Part shown: positions 37,797 to 51,935 of the stretch, in pieces | Layout: each line of letters starts with the position of its first letter | Numbering within the stretch: position 1 is the stretch's first letter | Made by a program: the position numbers and the translations under genes | Assembly: GCA_002633005.1 (NCBI GenBank) | Contig: NMRA01000186.1 | Location: 124,001 to 188,000 of the forward strand | Reading direction: 5' to 3' | DNA: 64,000 bases | From: Phoronis australis | Lineage: Eukaryota > Animalia > Phoronida | The notes under the pieces: model-generated | Told to the model about the DNA's origin: nothing | Database searches by the model: none | What the model saw: only the letters and a program-made list of their open reading frames with translations

Positions 37797-40689
37797 TAGT
37801 TCCACACAGACACTGTCAACTGTTTTAGCATGTCTTAAGTACAGGGTGCCTGATTCACCTCCTTGTAAATAGATGGCGCTGGAGAGCTGTTGGGATTCAC
37901 AAGATACTTTTTGTCCCAGTTTTATCGTATTTTCTGGGCAACAGTTATTATACTAGATTTAGGTAGCATGTGTGCTCATAATTTGCCTTTTGACAAAATT
38001 TTTGACGCCCCCGAAAGTAGAAAATTTATGTAACAACTTTGCAGCTCATATGTTGTTTTGACAATAACTGAAGGTTATTGGTGTAACCAGATCATATTGT
38101 TGGAAGAATTTAAAAGCATTCCTTCATTATCCGTTGTCTGTGCTCCCTGAGAAATATGCTTAAATGGATGCTTGAATCAATTCTGTGTAGAGGCATAGAA
38201 TTTGGTTTGATAAATAACAAAGCACTGTCTCTTGAACTTAAATTTATGCAACTGACAAGGTTTAAGTAAATGACAGTGTCAGACTGTACTGTTTGTGGCA
38301 CAAAGGAGTTTTGTCCCTTATTCCACAAGTTAAACTTTTTGATTGTCTGGGAGAGCAATCGCCACAAAACTGCAAGTTTATCGTTTGGTTTACGATCACA
38401 AAAGTTATACTAATGTTCAGGAAAATCCTGTCAGTGTTAGAAATCAAGAAATTTCACCACAGATTGAGTTAAGCACATTATTGGCCACTTTTACCAGTTG
38501 TCTAGGGTTAATGTAATGAAGGGGTACAACTTAAAAGAATTGTTTTTGAGAAACATGAACTTAGATTAAACTGATAACAAGTGCCTTTGAGAGCAAGTTA
38601 GGGCCTAGAAATGTCTTATATGGGCAAACATTCAAGGTGCTTGTGATGGGTTCAATTTCAGTTTAGTATACAAATTGTTGAAGCCCAGAAGCTTTCATAG
38701 CCTTGGGCTCTCTGTTTATCACACTTTGTAATAGAGGTCTTATTTTTGTAGAGCTCATAATGAATATTCCCTGTATAATTTGCATCCTAACTAATTCAAA
38801 AGAACTGCTTGTATGAAATCACCAACGAAGTTGTTTCATGTTCCATTTTGAAACAAAAACAGTTGACTTTCTTTCCACTTTAGCGTTGTGTCGTAGTTGG
38901 ATGTTTTGTTGCCAAGCCAAAGCCTGATTTGGTATAAACGAAATAAATTGGATTCGACTTCCGTTTTTACAATATATGTTTTGGTTTTGTTTGATATTTA
39001 ATTGTTGCCCATTTTAGAAGACTCCGCTGACTATTGTTGTGCACATAAGGACATCTGTCTAACTCCACCCTTCGTTTGCTTCTCTGTTGTCAATTATTTC
39101 TTCCTTGTTTTAAATTGTTGTATTTTTGTTTCAGTTCCACTCTGTATTTTCTCTCTGTGGCTGGTTATTTGTGTAAAAGGTTTCTACATTCAAAAGTATG
39201 TTTAGTGTGGTTTAGAACGGTGTCGCATTTGATTACTGATGTGGCCACAACATTTTCTAATTGTCTCCTGTCTGTATTGAAAAATCTATAACTATGTTTT
39301 TATTCTGTGTAAAATATAAGCCTCCGACTAGTTTTTATTATTCCAATGTTGATCATGCATTGAATCAGAAGCCAAGAAACCAGCTGTTTGTTTAAAAGAA
39401 ATGAAACCATTCTCCATGAAATTCATTAGTTTTGCTAAGTAAACATATTTATTGTACCAACTATGCACTTGATCACTTACATATGTACTTAAGGTCATTG
39501 AACGTAGTAAAAGTGGTACACCCAAGACATTGAATCAAAGTATGATGAAAGGTTGGAAATGTGACCATAGCTGTCAGGCATCATGACCCGGGGGGGTGGC
39601 GGGAGTTACTAAAAGATGCATTTCACCCTGTTTAGGTGGCTAAAAACGAAAATTGAATTAGACATTTTGCTCCCATCAAACCGGTCTCGTAATTTTTCTC
39701 ACCGTAACTGATTCTGTTTCCGTAGTAACTAGAAGGTCGAGACCATCAGCGACTTTAAAAAAACGTCATATTTCACTGGGATTGGCCGACCCCGAATTGC
39801 GAATTCGAAAATGGTGCATGTACGAATTGCCTGTGACTTGGGTTGTTAACGGAAATAGATTCCTCTTTCGCTAAGAAATGTTCTGAGATTTTATAGGAGT
39901 AAAAGGCCTAAGTCGATCTTCGTTTATTTCAGCATAACTAAACGAGGCGAGTTGCATAGGACCTGTACTCGGACTAGGGGGTTTTTTATTCACGGCCTTA
40001 TTCTCTGCGCTGAAAATAAAGCAGCCTATTTGTTCGTCACTGGCTGACACAACCCGCACAAATCAGACGGTTTAGGTGACAACCTTTGATACATGATTAT
40101 GAGCGACGTGGGGTTGAAACAACTTATTCTTATTTGAAGATTCGGACTACAAGTATGAATATGAGGAACTCGCACCCCATCTTTTTGTTCCATAATACGA
40201 AAATTTGTTTACAGATGACTAATTACTACAATTCGATCCAAAAATTAATTTTGGGACATTAACTCGACATCGATGAGCCTGCATAAGGTAGTGAAGTTTT
40301 ATTAAACCAGCCATAAAGTAGTTCTTTTTGCAAGGGTCTAGCATTTTCATAAAATTAGGTTAACATGATTATTTACTGAATTTTAATTCAAAAAATAAGC
40401 CGTGCCTGGTTTTCATGAAAAAATGGTAGACAGTTCTTTTTTACAGATGTTCCACTGGGTTTGTGTTTATCATACTAACCCTCTAAAAGGGTGGCAGTCT
40501 AGTTATCCTATTGACTTTTTAAAAGGATTGTTACATTGTTTCCTGTGGCACATTGTGGGCAAAGTTGTGGAGTGACCCTCCCCGCAAAAGCCACAGGGGA
40601 AAGCAAGTCTTCAACGAGAGTACGTAACAAAGCTTTCCTGAACGGCGGATGCACACCTGCGTACTGACGTTACTGTGAAGCAATTAGCT

Positions 40690-41240
40690 CAATTATTTTA
40701 ATAGTGCATGAACGTTGTGTTAATGATCTTAACAAGCTTGCAATTGAAAGAATCGTCATTATACACTGGGTCAAGTACCATGTGGGAATTGAAGGCAAAG
40801 ACTGAAAATGCAAACAGACTCGCAAAGATGAGAACGAGCGTTCTACATTGTGTACCTAAACCTGCTATCCCAATAATACGGATGCTGCAGGATGAGTATA
40901 CACAACTGTGTACATACCCAGTCAGCAGCACAATGGGCATCGCTTAATTCCAGTAGAGAAACCAAGGAGAATTTTCCCAACGTGGTCAAACCAAAAGATT
41001 CAAAAATCCGTCTGGTCTTAATGGATTGGGCATAAGACTCGGTAGTCAACTTTTGACGGGCCATTGTAACCTAGTCCGACACAAGCACATTCATACTGGG
41101 CATATGGGGAGCCCAGTGTATCCCGAGTGTAGTACTGACGTTGAAACGCCTGAACACCTGGTAGAGTCTTGCTCAGCATTTTATAGGCTAAGGAGCAACC
41201 TACTGGGTGGCACTGTTACATGTCTACAACATATCATGGG
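40690..41240 (+). mobile_element. 3' remnant of an RNase H-containing non-LTR retrotransposon (I/Loa/R1 group)
   Basis: HWVKYHVGIEG..ENANRLAK (RNase H end) followed by LLTGHCNL..H..EC...ETPEHLVESC zinc knuckle. Confidence 0.7.
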
Positions 41241-42650
41241 CGGCGCTGGGGTACCACTTTTTTCAGTGGTGCGCCGCCCATGTATATAGTGCATGGCAAC
41301 CGTTTTCTCAAAGGAGTCAGACTCTTGAAAACTTCCTTTACGAAGAACCTATTGTTCCACGATGGAGCTGTCGTGTTTTTAGCTCAGGTGCTTGGTGCAG
41401 TGGGCCCAACCATGAGGCCTGCACACGTCTGATGTACCGCAAATGACATCAGATCACCTGCACCCGTTTTACACTGTGTCCATGAAAAGAATTCTGCGTT
41501 GACAATCTCACCGGTCAAGAACGGATAACTCCGACCAGTTTGCGTACCTCGAAATCTGCCGGCATTGATCAAAGTCACCATACTGTTGTAGTTTTAACAA
41601 TGTAATTAAAATTACATTGCCTCTGGCTGCTCTCTAGTCAGAATTATTATAAGCACACTGGCTGCTACGACGGACAATGGTATTTTTAAAATTTCGTTTT
41701 GAATGTTTTTGAATAGCGTATTTGAATAGTTCATGAAAAGTACACGTGATAGGTCCTTTGAAAATCGAAGAAATGTGACTTTTACAATCTAAAACGTTTG
41801 TATATTGCAATTATGTGTTCTGTTGTTATTCAATTAGTTCTAGGCTTGAAATGAATCTCAATTCCGACTTACTTTGAAGTAGCAAATGTAAAATATAAGG
41901 GCGGACTGACCCTTGACTCCAGATGGTGACAAGTGCGGATTTTTATTTTTTTGCCTAAGAATTTCGTTGTGGTTACCCAGATGCATGACTTCGTTATTAC
42001 GCGTTTTAACACCTTATAATAACCGTTGAAGTAACGTGCAACTTGGCTGTTGATGTGGTCGAAATGCAACTTAGACAAAAACAGCGCAGCATTTTGTAAA
42101 TATATCACTTTATTTAAAATAAAAGAATGAGAACACAACTAATTTGTGTGCTGAATTCACAGATAATTTAACGGTTTGTCTGTCATTGGCTGGTATACTA
42201 CCGCACACAACAGTATCACAGTGTTTATTTCTCAATGATTTTTACCTCCATGATCTCAGCACCATCTCGGAAACTGGAGAAAATCTAATTGAAACCGAAT
42301 AAGCGTTGTAGACCGAAGTTACATTTCGCCCAATTGAGGGCTAATTATAAATTACGAAACTCGAATTACTAGTCCTTTTACTCTCATGAAATCGGTCTCA
42401 GAATTTTCTCACCCCCAAAGGATTCTATTTCCGTTACCAAGAAAAACATCGAAACCGTCACCGACCCCCAAAATCGGTCCAGGGTCGAAAGGGTTTGGCC
42501 AACCCTGAAATTTGCTAATTCAGCTAATGACGTATATTCACAATTAATGCCTGTGACTTGAGTTGGTAACGGAAATGGCATCTTACCGATCAGGAATTAT
42601 GAGAGAGAACGATTTTGTGAGCAGTTGAACAGGACGAAATGCAGCTTTAA

Positions 42651-42990
42651 AGAGACATTATCAGTTACTGCCGAAAAACGCATTTCTTCGAGGTATTATT
42701 GATGTTGGATGGGTTAGACCTCATGAACTTATTAGTTATCACCAGTGCTATGGTAGGGACAAAATCTGTTGTGATTTTATGAGTTTATTACAAATCACCA
42801 ATTCCATTGTCTGCCTGACATTCGCTGAAATCGAGGCCGGTGACTTCACCAATTCAGAAAAATATGCTACTCTACCACGTGCCATTTAGCTCCGCCAGCA
42901 GAGCGTCTGATAGCGACCGCGAAGTTTAACGTTCAACTTTGCCCCTGAGGCTGATCTCAGAGAAATTTATTTTTTGCCGATAATGTCCCT
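42651..42990. mobile_element. TTAA-flanked MITE (Kolobok-like)
   Basis: TTAA|agagacattatc...gataatgtccct|TTAA. Confidence 0.75.
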
Positions 42991-44391
42991 TTAAACAGTA
43001 TGGGCTTGGACATTCTGAGAACGAAGCTTCAGCAGTAGTGGAAGGGTCTCTCCGAACAGATTTAAAGTTGCCGTTCCTTCTGAGCACACGTCCAGGAAAG
43101 CAATTACGTCGGTAGGCCTTATAGTCGGCTTCAAGTTCCTTGATCAATCGCAAAATACGTATTCTGTGAACTTAATCTCACTTCCGCTCTGGATGCCATT
43201 GACCTTTTTACGAAAATAGCGGAAATGGATGCGCATGCAACCTAGTTCTAGAGCACAGATTCGTGGGATACAAGTGCCCCTCAGTAATCCAGATTCCAGA
43301 AAGTGTAAGGCAGGTAATCGGCTGGTCGTTGATATTGAATAGATGTTATCAGTTTACTCGAACCTATGATAAACTGAGCACTTGACTGCTTAAAATACTA
43401 GTTCTAAAATGAAGTGATTTGAAGTCTGCTGGATGTGGGGTGGTCGGGAGTGACCACTACACCACAATCCTCATGTTTCTCGCTCTCCGTAAAAAGTCAA
43501 TGGACTAGTCAAAAACAACGAATGCAGTAAATCGTATTTCAGTCGAACATCGACGACGTCAAATAAACTACCTGATTTATAATATAGCTCAAAAATTACA
43601 GTTATTATAGTTTCTTAGCAACTCAATTCTACCAATGAAGCGTTTTAGTATGCTAGTTGCCTGTGCTTCCGCTTGCACCTTGACCTATCTAGTATAGGCG
43701 GAGAATTCAGTGTTTGAAATCGATATCACCATTTGGACAGATTCAACAAGGTCTGTTCTAGTTTTTACCGAAGCACTTTGGCTCTAACGTGTGCGTAGAG
43801 AAAGAAACACGCAACCAATGTGCAAAAACATTGTTTAGGTGATATATAGTTCTGCATGTACGCCAAAATCAATAAAAACTTGTTACTTGAATACATGTAA
43901 CCTGGCCAAGATTAATGACGGCTGTACCACTAGTCTGAGGTAGCTTACGTGGATCAACTGGCCATGTCATATTACGTGTATCAGCGACACAATCTCACAC
44001 CCGATCAAAACGATTTTTGAGGGTCCACTAAGCTTATGTGATGGACCACCTATTTTGTGGGGAAACAAAATGCTTTTCTAGTGAACACATTTTTTCTCAC
44101 CAGTTGCATTAAATTTCTGAAGCACCACTAACCAGTCCTCTTCTTACGAACAGTGTCATTTCTTAGTAACGAACAACTGCTCGCACTGTTTGTAAGAAAT
44201 TCAGCTACAGTGCATGAGAAAGGGAATGCCTTTGTAAGAAAAGAATTGAGTTGTCCAACTTAAAGAAAATACGTGTTGCATTTGTGACGAAAAGAGTGTT
44301 TTAGTTGAGAGCGCGAGAAACCCTTGAAGGAGCGGCAGAAAGACTGGGTACCCTGGACAGGTCAAAACACATTGTCAATCATTTCTAATAA

Positions 44392-45438
44392 CTATGAATC
44401 TGCTGTGTTTAAATTGAACACATAATTATCTTCCCCAGCTTCCTCGATGTCACTGTGGTCTACAATGATGGAATGTATCGGAGACTTGGATCTCTCCATT
44501 GTCAACAGAGCGGGACTGCTGGCGGAGTTATGCATACCGCGACCACTGTTGGGCTTCCTTGGTGAAAGACGTTCTCTACTCTGAGCAGATTCAAGCCTGG
44601 AAGAGGCGCCAGACCCGGGACGGCTTCCATTGGACGGTCTTTTGTTTTTGGATCTACTATCGGAAGTCACCGATACAGAATCGCTGTCATTGCTCAATGA
44701 CGAACCCGCACGAGCTGAGTGTACGTAAACTTCACACTCGAACGTGTTTTGTCGACTTTCTCGAGGAGATACTTCGTTTTCTTCAGTTACTTCTATTTTA
44801 GGAACACGCATGCCATTCGTAATAGGATTCAAGCTAGGAAGCTCTAAATTTCTATCAGACACTCCCTTTTTTAATCCATATGTTCTTGATGGGGCAGCTG
44901 ATTCCGGTTTGGAATTGTTACGTTTGGTTGGTGCCGAAGGTGGTCTTGAGCTTGAAGGCTTATGTAGTCCTAAAACGTTTTCTAGAGGTGGTTTTTCGCC
45001 TCTTTTCAGAGCTTTTCTTGCTTCCTTTACAACCTGCTTCCTCTCTTTGGCCTCTCGACGAACGTTAAGCCGTTCCATTTTGATAGCTTGTGCCAAAGGT
45101 TTTGCCTTTTTAGGAGGTTTTATTTTGCCATTTGAGTTAGCAGACGAACCATTACTGAGATGCTTCAGGGAAAGAGCACCACCTTTCCCGCGTTTGACGC
45201 CATTTTGATCGTCGTTTAGTTTAGGGCCCATGCCTATAGTCCTCTCTGACTGTCGTTTGATGTATTTTCTGGCAGGTCGCCATCGACACCTTCTAATTAT
45301 TATACATGTGCACAATAAAATAATGAGCACTGCCAACGTTCCAAATATGTAGCCTGTTATGGCACCTGCTGACGTAAGAACGGGGTCCCAGGCTGGCCCA
45401 GATGTGGGCGTTTCAGTTGGACCAGCGACAATCGACAT
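44392..45438 (-). CDS. Uncharacterised single-pass membrane protein, 348 aa, single coding exon
   Basis: Long intact ORF. N-terminal TM (AITGYIFGTLAVLIILLCTCIII) followed by an RRCRWR basic cluster and a long Lys/Arg/Ser-rich low-complexity tail. Acceptor-like cattttag about 40 nt upstream of the ATG and a GTAAGT donor near 45703. Confidence 0.7.
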   Translation of the reverse strand: MSIVAGPTETPTSGPAWDPVLTSAGAITGYIFGTLAVLIILLCTCIIIRRCRWRPARKYIKRQSERTIGMGPKLNDDQNGVKRGKGGALSLKHLSNGSSANSNGKIKPPKKAKPLAQAIKMERLNVRREAKERKQVVKEARKALKRGEKPPLENVLGLHKPSSSRPPSAPTKRNNSKPESAAPSRTYGLKKGVSDRNLELPSLNPITNGMRVPKIEVTEENEVSPRESRQNTFECEVYVHSARAGSSLSNDSDSVSVTSDSRSKNKRPSNGSRPGSGASSRLESAQSRERLSPRKPNSGRGMHNSASSPALLTMERSKSPIHSIIVDHSDIEEAGEDNYVFNLNTADS

Positions 45439-47884
45439 GGTCCTACATCTGTCTGTTCAGTATTTTGTTGGTCATGTTCTAAAATGTGATTGGAATAATT
45501 TGTTAGACATCTACTTATGAACCTGCGCTTCTATTTCAGACATACTCCAAGCGCCACTACTTCAAACACGTAATCATTCAACTTGCCGATGGTGAAATTT
45601 TAATATTCTGTCAGTGTGGCTTGATGGACATTCACTGCAACATTACTTGTGACAACTAGCGCAATATATGCTTAAAACAGGGTCAATGAATATCCAGACT
45701 TACTTCACATCAGTGTAGCGATATTAGTCCATGCTGCTGCCAGGATGGTGTTCATCTTTAATAAACGAACATTATACAGAAGATAATCACCACCAACCTG
45801 TACGACTTCCAAAATTCCCCTGCCGAACCACTTATAGAATCTGGATTACCTCGCAATGCGACATGCTTGACTCTTTGTAGTACACGTCGATACCAGGACT
45901 GACAGTGCACAGAATCGATTGCACCGATAAATAATTCACAACGCTAAACCTATAAGTGCTATATAGCTAAAGAAACAATGCCTAGTGAATTTCTGACCTT
46001 TGAATACTGAATATCGATAATGTGAAATGAACTTTTGCTCAATAGCATTCACATATACTTCAGGAAAATCGCTATTTAGTAAATAGGATTGAGCGGCAAT
46101 TGCAAGCATTATGATCAGTTATTGTCAATTGATTTTATATTAAGAATTGCTTTATGATAATTACACTGACTTCCAACATGTCTTAATTATTTGATATTTT
46201 CAGAAATAACAAGTCACCACATGGGGTTTGTTTTCGCTTAACTCATTGTTACTACCGGCCTACATGCCGTTAACCAAAAACAACATAAACACTTTTTAAA
46301 TATTCATAACAAAACAATAGTACATGTATCGATGACATAGCCAAATTTCACTTGACATAAATGTTCAAGATCAAATCTCGAAAAAAACTTGCATTTTTCT
46401 GCAGTATCATTCCGTCTTAATCTTACGCAACTTTTGAATTTAAATGTCTTATTTTTACAACCCCTGATGCATAAGTGGAACAATTAAAAACAATCCCTAG
46501 CAGCGTTTTGCGAAAAACTGCATAATGCATAATAAGTGAAAGTTTCATTTGGTTATTCCTGAAATATGACGTTCCGCAATTAGAGAAATTTGGACATTTT
46601 TCTAAGGTCCTTCATAATTAAATGGAGCATCGTTTTCACTGCAGAAAAGACATTTTGGGTTACATGTAGTGGTGGTTGGGGTAGACTTTCCTATGTGAGA
46701 CGCTCCTGGTGTAACATAGAGCAGTCGGACAAACTTTTTATAATCGACTGCGAATTACTTACTTTTTCATTTGCAAAGGTACGCAGCTTGACTCGCTGTG
46801 TCAGAGAGCAACGCAAAAGTTAGCTACAGTAACAGTGCTATGAACGATGCAAACGAGAATATTGGCGAAAGAAAAATTTTCAAGATTTAACTCAAGCTGA
46901 TTAATTTGTGTTTTCCATACAAAATTCAGAACATTCAATATAATAAACTATAACAAATACGAACACTGGCAATATCTACTAGGCACTAGGCTTCTCTGAG
47001 ACAGTTACATAAACGAAATTAACGTAACAAATACAATTTTTGATTGCCATTCGGCAACACATACTAAATTGTGACGCCACACTCACGTTTGTTGTCGCTA
47101 ATGAGGATATAAAAATAAGACTTTTCGAGCACTNAGTTATTGCAGATTTACCGAATAGCCCCATTAAAGAAATTTGTCCTTCATAATTAAATGGAGCATC
47201 GTTTTCACTGCAGAAAAGACATTTTGGGATTACATGTAGTGGTGGTTGGGGTAGACTTTCCTATGTGAGACGCACCTGGTGTAACATAGAGCAGTCGGAC
47301 AAACTTTTTATAATCGACTGCGAATTACTTACTTTTTCATTTGCAAAGGTACGCAGCCTGACTCGCTGTGTCAGAGAGCAATGCAAAAGTTAGCTACAGT
47401 AACAGTGCTATGAACGATGCAAACGAGAATTTTGGCGAAAGAAAAATTTTCAAGATTTAACTCAAGCTGATTAATTTGTGTTTTCCATACAAAATTCAGA
47501 ACATTCAATATAATAAACTATAACAAATACGAACACTGGCAATATCTACTAGGCACTAGGCTTCTCTGAGACAGTTACATAAACGAAATTAACGTAACAA
47601 ATACAATTTTTGATTGCCATTCGGCAACACATACTAAATTGTGACGCCACACTCACGTTTGTTGTCGCTAATGAGGATATAAAAATAAGACTTTTCGAGC
47701 ACTGGCGCGACTACCACCTGCCCTCTTCCCATGTGACACGGGTTGTAGCTAAGACTTGAGTAATAAAACAAACCTAGCGTCGTTTTTGCCAGTCTCAGGA
47801 AGATTTTTTTTAAAAGTGAGCAACTTAGAAACACCGACTCAAAAAATCCACTAACCAGAACTGTGATTTTTATTTTGCTCTTAA

Positions 47885-48508
47885 AGAGCTAAAAATCACC
47901 ATTTACCTAGTTTTGACTAGCGCCTACATTGTCAGCATCACTAAACCTTTCTTTATATCACAATCTTAAATTCAATATCCCAAGAACGAGAAAGTAGAAT
48001 AAAAGCGACTTCAATTGAACGTTTGTTCGCTCCATGGGCATAAGTGTGACGTATGAACGTACCCAGCGTCAGCGTGTCATGCCCAACACCACCTGAGTTT
48101 TTTGTACAAACTTTTGCCATATTTACGCTTCTCCGATGTCGCGCGGGAAAGTGAAAAGATTGACAACATGGTCAAATGCTGAGTTGTCGCAACCACCACA
48201 AACACAATACCTCGCCATTCCTTACTATACCATAAACCAGGGGGAAACTAGTAGCAATATGTTACGACTTTTCGCACTTAACACAATGCATATAGTTGAC
48301 TAGTGCTCTGATTGTTGTCCCAGTTTTGCGCAGTATGTTTCGCCCCAATAAATTCTCGTAGCTCGAAATCAGCTAATTAGGATACCGTCAAATATTGTTT
48401 GCGGTGTTAAATTCGACATCTAATCGACTGGTGGGAATGTTTTTTTTTTTTTGGTGCTTTCATATAATTTTTTGGTGTTTTCATGTAAAGTTGGTGATTT
48501 TAAGCACT
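47885..48508 (-). mobile_element. Kolobok-like element with THAP relic
   Basis: TTAA|agagctaaaaatcacca...tggtgattttaagcact|TCAA; minus strand from 48218: MARYCVCGGCDNS..LFTFPRD..WQKFVQK. Confidence 0.7.
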
Positions 48509-49251
48509 TCAAATATGACCACAACATTTGACTGCTTGAAAGTGCAACTTGTCTCGTAACAGTTAGGTAGTTTGAGTGTACTAAAAATTACTGCAAAAAA
48601 CGTTTTGCGGAATATTTCGGGGCCTTTTATTTACAATTTTTTGAATTCATGCCACCTATTTTCCAGATTCTGAAAAAAATCCAAAACTAATCGGTCTCGG
48701 TCGATACGCGGAATTATGTCTCGTGAGAACTTTTCTTTTTTAGGAAGGCGGAGAGTTACGCAAGAAAATAACGTTTATAGCATTGTTTTTCACTTACACG
48801 GCTGTAACGGGCAAGCTGAGCGTCGGTTGATTCCCAGATTTTGCTTGCATCTCGTGCGGTCTTTAGCTTTACATGTTGATAGAAGTTTCACGGCGAGGTG
48901 ACGAGCAGAACTACCCTGGCTGTGTGCAATTTCGGGGTCTACGGAAGAAAAAAAAACAGTGGTACCTATCCAGCCAGTTAGCTGTATGAAGACTGTCATC
49001 AAAATACAGCTAGGTACCACTGTGTGTATTTCTTACGTAGACCCCGAGTTTTTAAGTTTTACTCGACTACGTGTGGTTTGTCGGGTAAAATGGCGGCTGG
49101 AAACGCAGACGAAGGTGTGCCAAGAATGCTGCGTTCTGATTGGTCAATAAAGCCGTCTGTCATAATCCTGGCGTGCTCAAGACACGCCTGACCGCAGAAT
49201 GGTGAATGTTGGCCAATTCCCCTTTTGTCCACTGACGTCACAAGCATACTG

Positions 49252-49738
49252 GCGCCCCCCAGTGGAGGCCCTGCGAACTCGTAAACAAGCATGTTGGCGA
49301 CTGTGGTTAAAGTATTTTTTATGATTTTTCCAGAGTCGCTATGTTTTAGTGTGTTTTTTAAATAATGTTGCATGTCATACTTCTCAGAAAATCAATATTG
49401 TTCCAATAAATTAAGAAAATTGGAATATTCATTCTAGCTATCCTGCAACACGATCCAACTGTTCTTCTGTGTTACACACGCCGGCAAAGCCAAAGTTTTA
49501 TCCCCACGCGAAATAGCCTCGTTTACGCTCGACTAAAAAGGAATCTTTCAATCATAATTAATTGGTACTATACACCATTCATTATTATATACCATGCATT
49601 ATGTTTTTAGAAAAAAGCGATACTCAACGTCCCACAATAAATACAAGTCTGTTCGCCAGCTTGGCTCGGCTAGGCTGGATACTACCGGGTTCATGAACTC
49701 GGTTTATTTACGAGTTCTCAGGGCCTCCACTGGGGGCG
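49252..49738. mobile_element. Element with ~33-bp inverted repeats, truncated at an N gap
   Basis: cccccagtggaggccctgcgaactcgtaaa versus tttacgagttctcagggcctccactggggg. Confidence 0.6.
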
Positions 49739-49856
49739 NATATTTCGGGGCCTTTTTATTTACAATTTTTTGAATTCATGCCACCTATTTTCCAGATTCT
49801 GAAAAAAATCCAAAACTAATCGGTCTCGGTCGATACGCGGAATAATGTCTCGTGAG

Positions 49857-50503
49857 AACTTTTCTTTTTAGGAAGGCGGAGAGTTACGCAAGAAAATAAC
49901 GTTTATAGCATTGTTTTTCACTTACACGGCTGTAACGGGCAAGCTGAGCGTCGGTTGATTCCCAGATTTTGCTTGCATCTCGTGCGGTCTTTAGCTTTTC
50001 ATGTTGATAGAAGTTTCACGGCGAGGTGACGAGCAGAACAACCCTGGCTGTGTGCAATTTCTGGGTCTATGGAAGAAATAAAAACAGTGGTACCTATCCA
50101 GCCAGTTAGCTGTATGAAGACTGTCATCAAAATACAGCTAGGTACCACTGTGTGTATTTCTTACGTAGACCCCGAGTTTTTAAGTTTTACTCGACTACGT
50201 GTGGTTTGTCGGGTAAAATGGCTGCTTGGAAACGCATACGAAGGTGTGCCAAGAATGCTGCGTTCTGATTGGTCAATAAAGCCGTCTGTCATAATCCTGG
50301 CGATAGGTCAATTGCTCGCAGCCAGGGTAGTTCTGCTCGTGAACTTTGTATCAAAATGTAAAGCCAAAGACCGGACGGGGTGCATGCAAAATCTGGGAAT
50401 CAACCGATACTCATCTTGCCCGTTACAGCCGATTAAGTGAAAAACAATGCAATAAACGTCATTTTCTTGCGTAACTCTCCGCCTTTTCTAACAATGAAAA
50501 GTA
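49857..50503. mobile_element. Foldback element with ~200-bp TIRs; related arms at 48730-49050, 50950-51050 and 52632-52795
   Basis: 50305-50503 is the reverse complement of about 49857-50060. Confidence 0.75.
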
Positions 50504-51353
50504 TGTCGTCGTTTCGAAAACAATACGCTCGTGTCACGCGCACGCGCCATTTCCTAAATTTTCGCGACAACTTCAGAGAAGCAAAATTTGTTCTGAAATT
50601 CGATTTTTCGGTATAGGAATTCTAAAAAATTATAATGAAGTGAAACCAGTTCCAATAATTTGTTGTGACGCGTACGTAAGCTCGTGAAACAACAGCAATT
50701 GGTTGAAGAATCGGCGAAAAAAGAAACTGGCCAATAGGTGACGCAATATTTCATGGCGCCGAAAGCCGTCGCTAAAGATCGCCCCTCAACTTTAGCACCA
50801 GAATAACGGTAGAACGCCATTTTTTCCAACACTGTTAAGTAATTTTGTTTGCTCAAGGGAGACTGTAATTTTTAATGACACTAATTTTGTGTCCGATTTT
50901 ATCTTACCACTTTTTTACCCACATCGGTGCAAAGCTGTATATTTATTTACAGTGGTACTTAGCTGTAATTTGACGAGTCTTCATACAGTTAGCTGGCTGG
51001 CTGTGTGGTACTTAGCTGTATTTTAACGATAATCTTCATACAGCTAGCTGACCGGTGGCTATTTGCCAGGAAGATTTACACACAAAAAGTCATCTGGATG
51101 GCTAACAACAAGTGAGAAAGTACAGACCATCACTAACTGTACTGTGCTCTCTTTGGCTTGCACAAATGGCCGTTCAAAGAAAAGTAAAGGAGCTGAACAT
51201 CAAAGCAGCATTATCCTGGAACGAAATCCACAACACATCCTTGCCTACATTCCCATTTAATAACGAATTCCCTATAGCGTTATTCAGCGTTAACAATGTT
51301 GGAAATCGTCTTACGGATAATAAAAGGAATCGCAATTGTTAGTTAATGTCCAA

Positions 51354-51935
51354 TCAAGCACTGGCCTCTTCTTCTTCCTCCTGACGAACAACAGGAATTC
51401 CATCGAGTTTTTTAATCTGGGGAAGTTTCTTCACAGCCTCTTCCCGCCAGGTGCCGTCTGCTTCGTGCTTGTCGTACAGAGGATTGCCGACAAATACAAG
51501 CTCCAATAAACACGGCATTTCAGACATCTTGTTGAACTCAGACCACTCTTTTACAATATTGTTGGCAATGTAGAGAACCTTTAATTTCTTCAAAACTAGT
51601 AGGCCTTTGAGTTTCTCAATCTGGTTGAGAGATATCCAAAGTTCTTGCAACGTTTCGCCAACAACTTCAAGACCGTTTAAACTTTTGATGTTGTTCCTTC
51701 CAAGCGATAAAATTCTGAGATTCTTTAAGCCATTCAAGTTGGCAATCTTCTCAATGCAATTAGTTGACAAGGAAAGTTTTTCACATTTAGTCAGAGTTGA
51801 TAACGAAGCGTCCATCTTTTCAATTGGAGGAAATTGTCCATAGATTTTGATCTCCGTTGCTTCCGACGGCTTCATCTTGTTTTTCTCTTCCCATCTCACC
51901 AAAGCTTCTTTTATTGTAGTCCCTTTTCCCGACAT
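51354..51935 (-). CDS. DNAL1: Dynein axonemal light chain 1 (LRR protein), 193 aa, intronless
   Basis: [18 protein letters not shown]...[49 protein letters not shown]...LVFVGNPL...KKLDG is highly similar to DNAL1/LC1. Confidence 0.96.
   Translation of the reverse strand: MSGKGTTIKEALVRWEEKNKMKPSEATEIKIYGQFPPIEKMDASLSTLTKCEKLSLSTNCIEKIANLNGLKNLRILSLGRNNIKSLNGLEVVGETLQELWISLNQIEKLKGLLVLKKLKVLYIANNIVKEWSEFNKMSEMPCLLELVFVGNPLYDKHEADGTWREEAVKKLPQIKKLDGIPVVRQEEEEEASA

Noticed and set aside
46605-47703. ~530-bp near-identical direct repeat suggesting LTRs or KolobokP-type long terminal direct repeats
   Set aside because: The first copy ends exactly at an N (47134), so it is most likely redundant contig overlap across a scaffold gap. 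Long reads would be needed to confirm.
48612-50301. ~560-bp direct duplication (48612-49171 and 49740-50301)
   Set aside because: The second copy begins immediately after an N (49739); probable haplotype or assembly redundancy.
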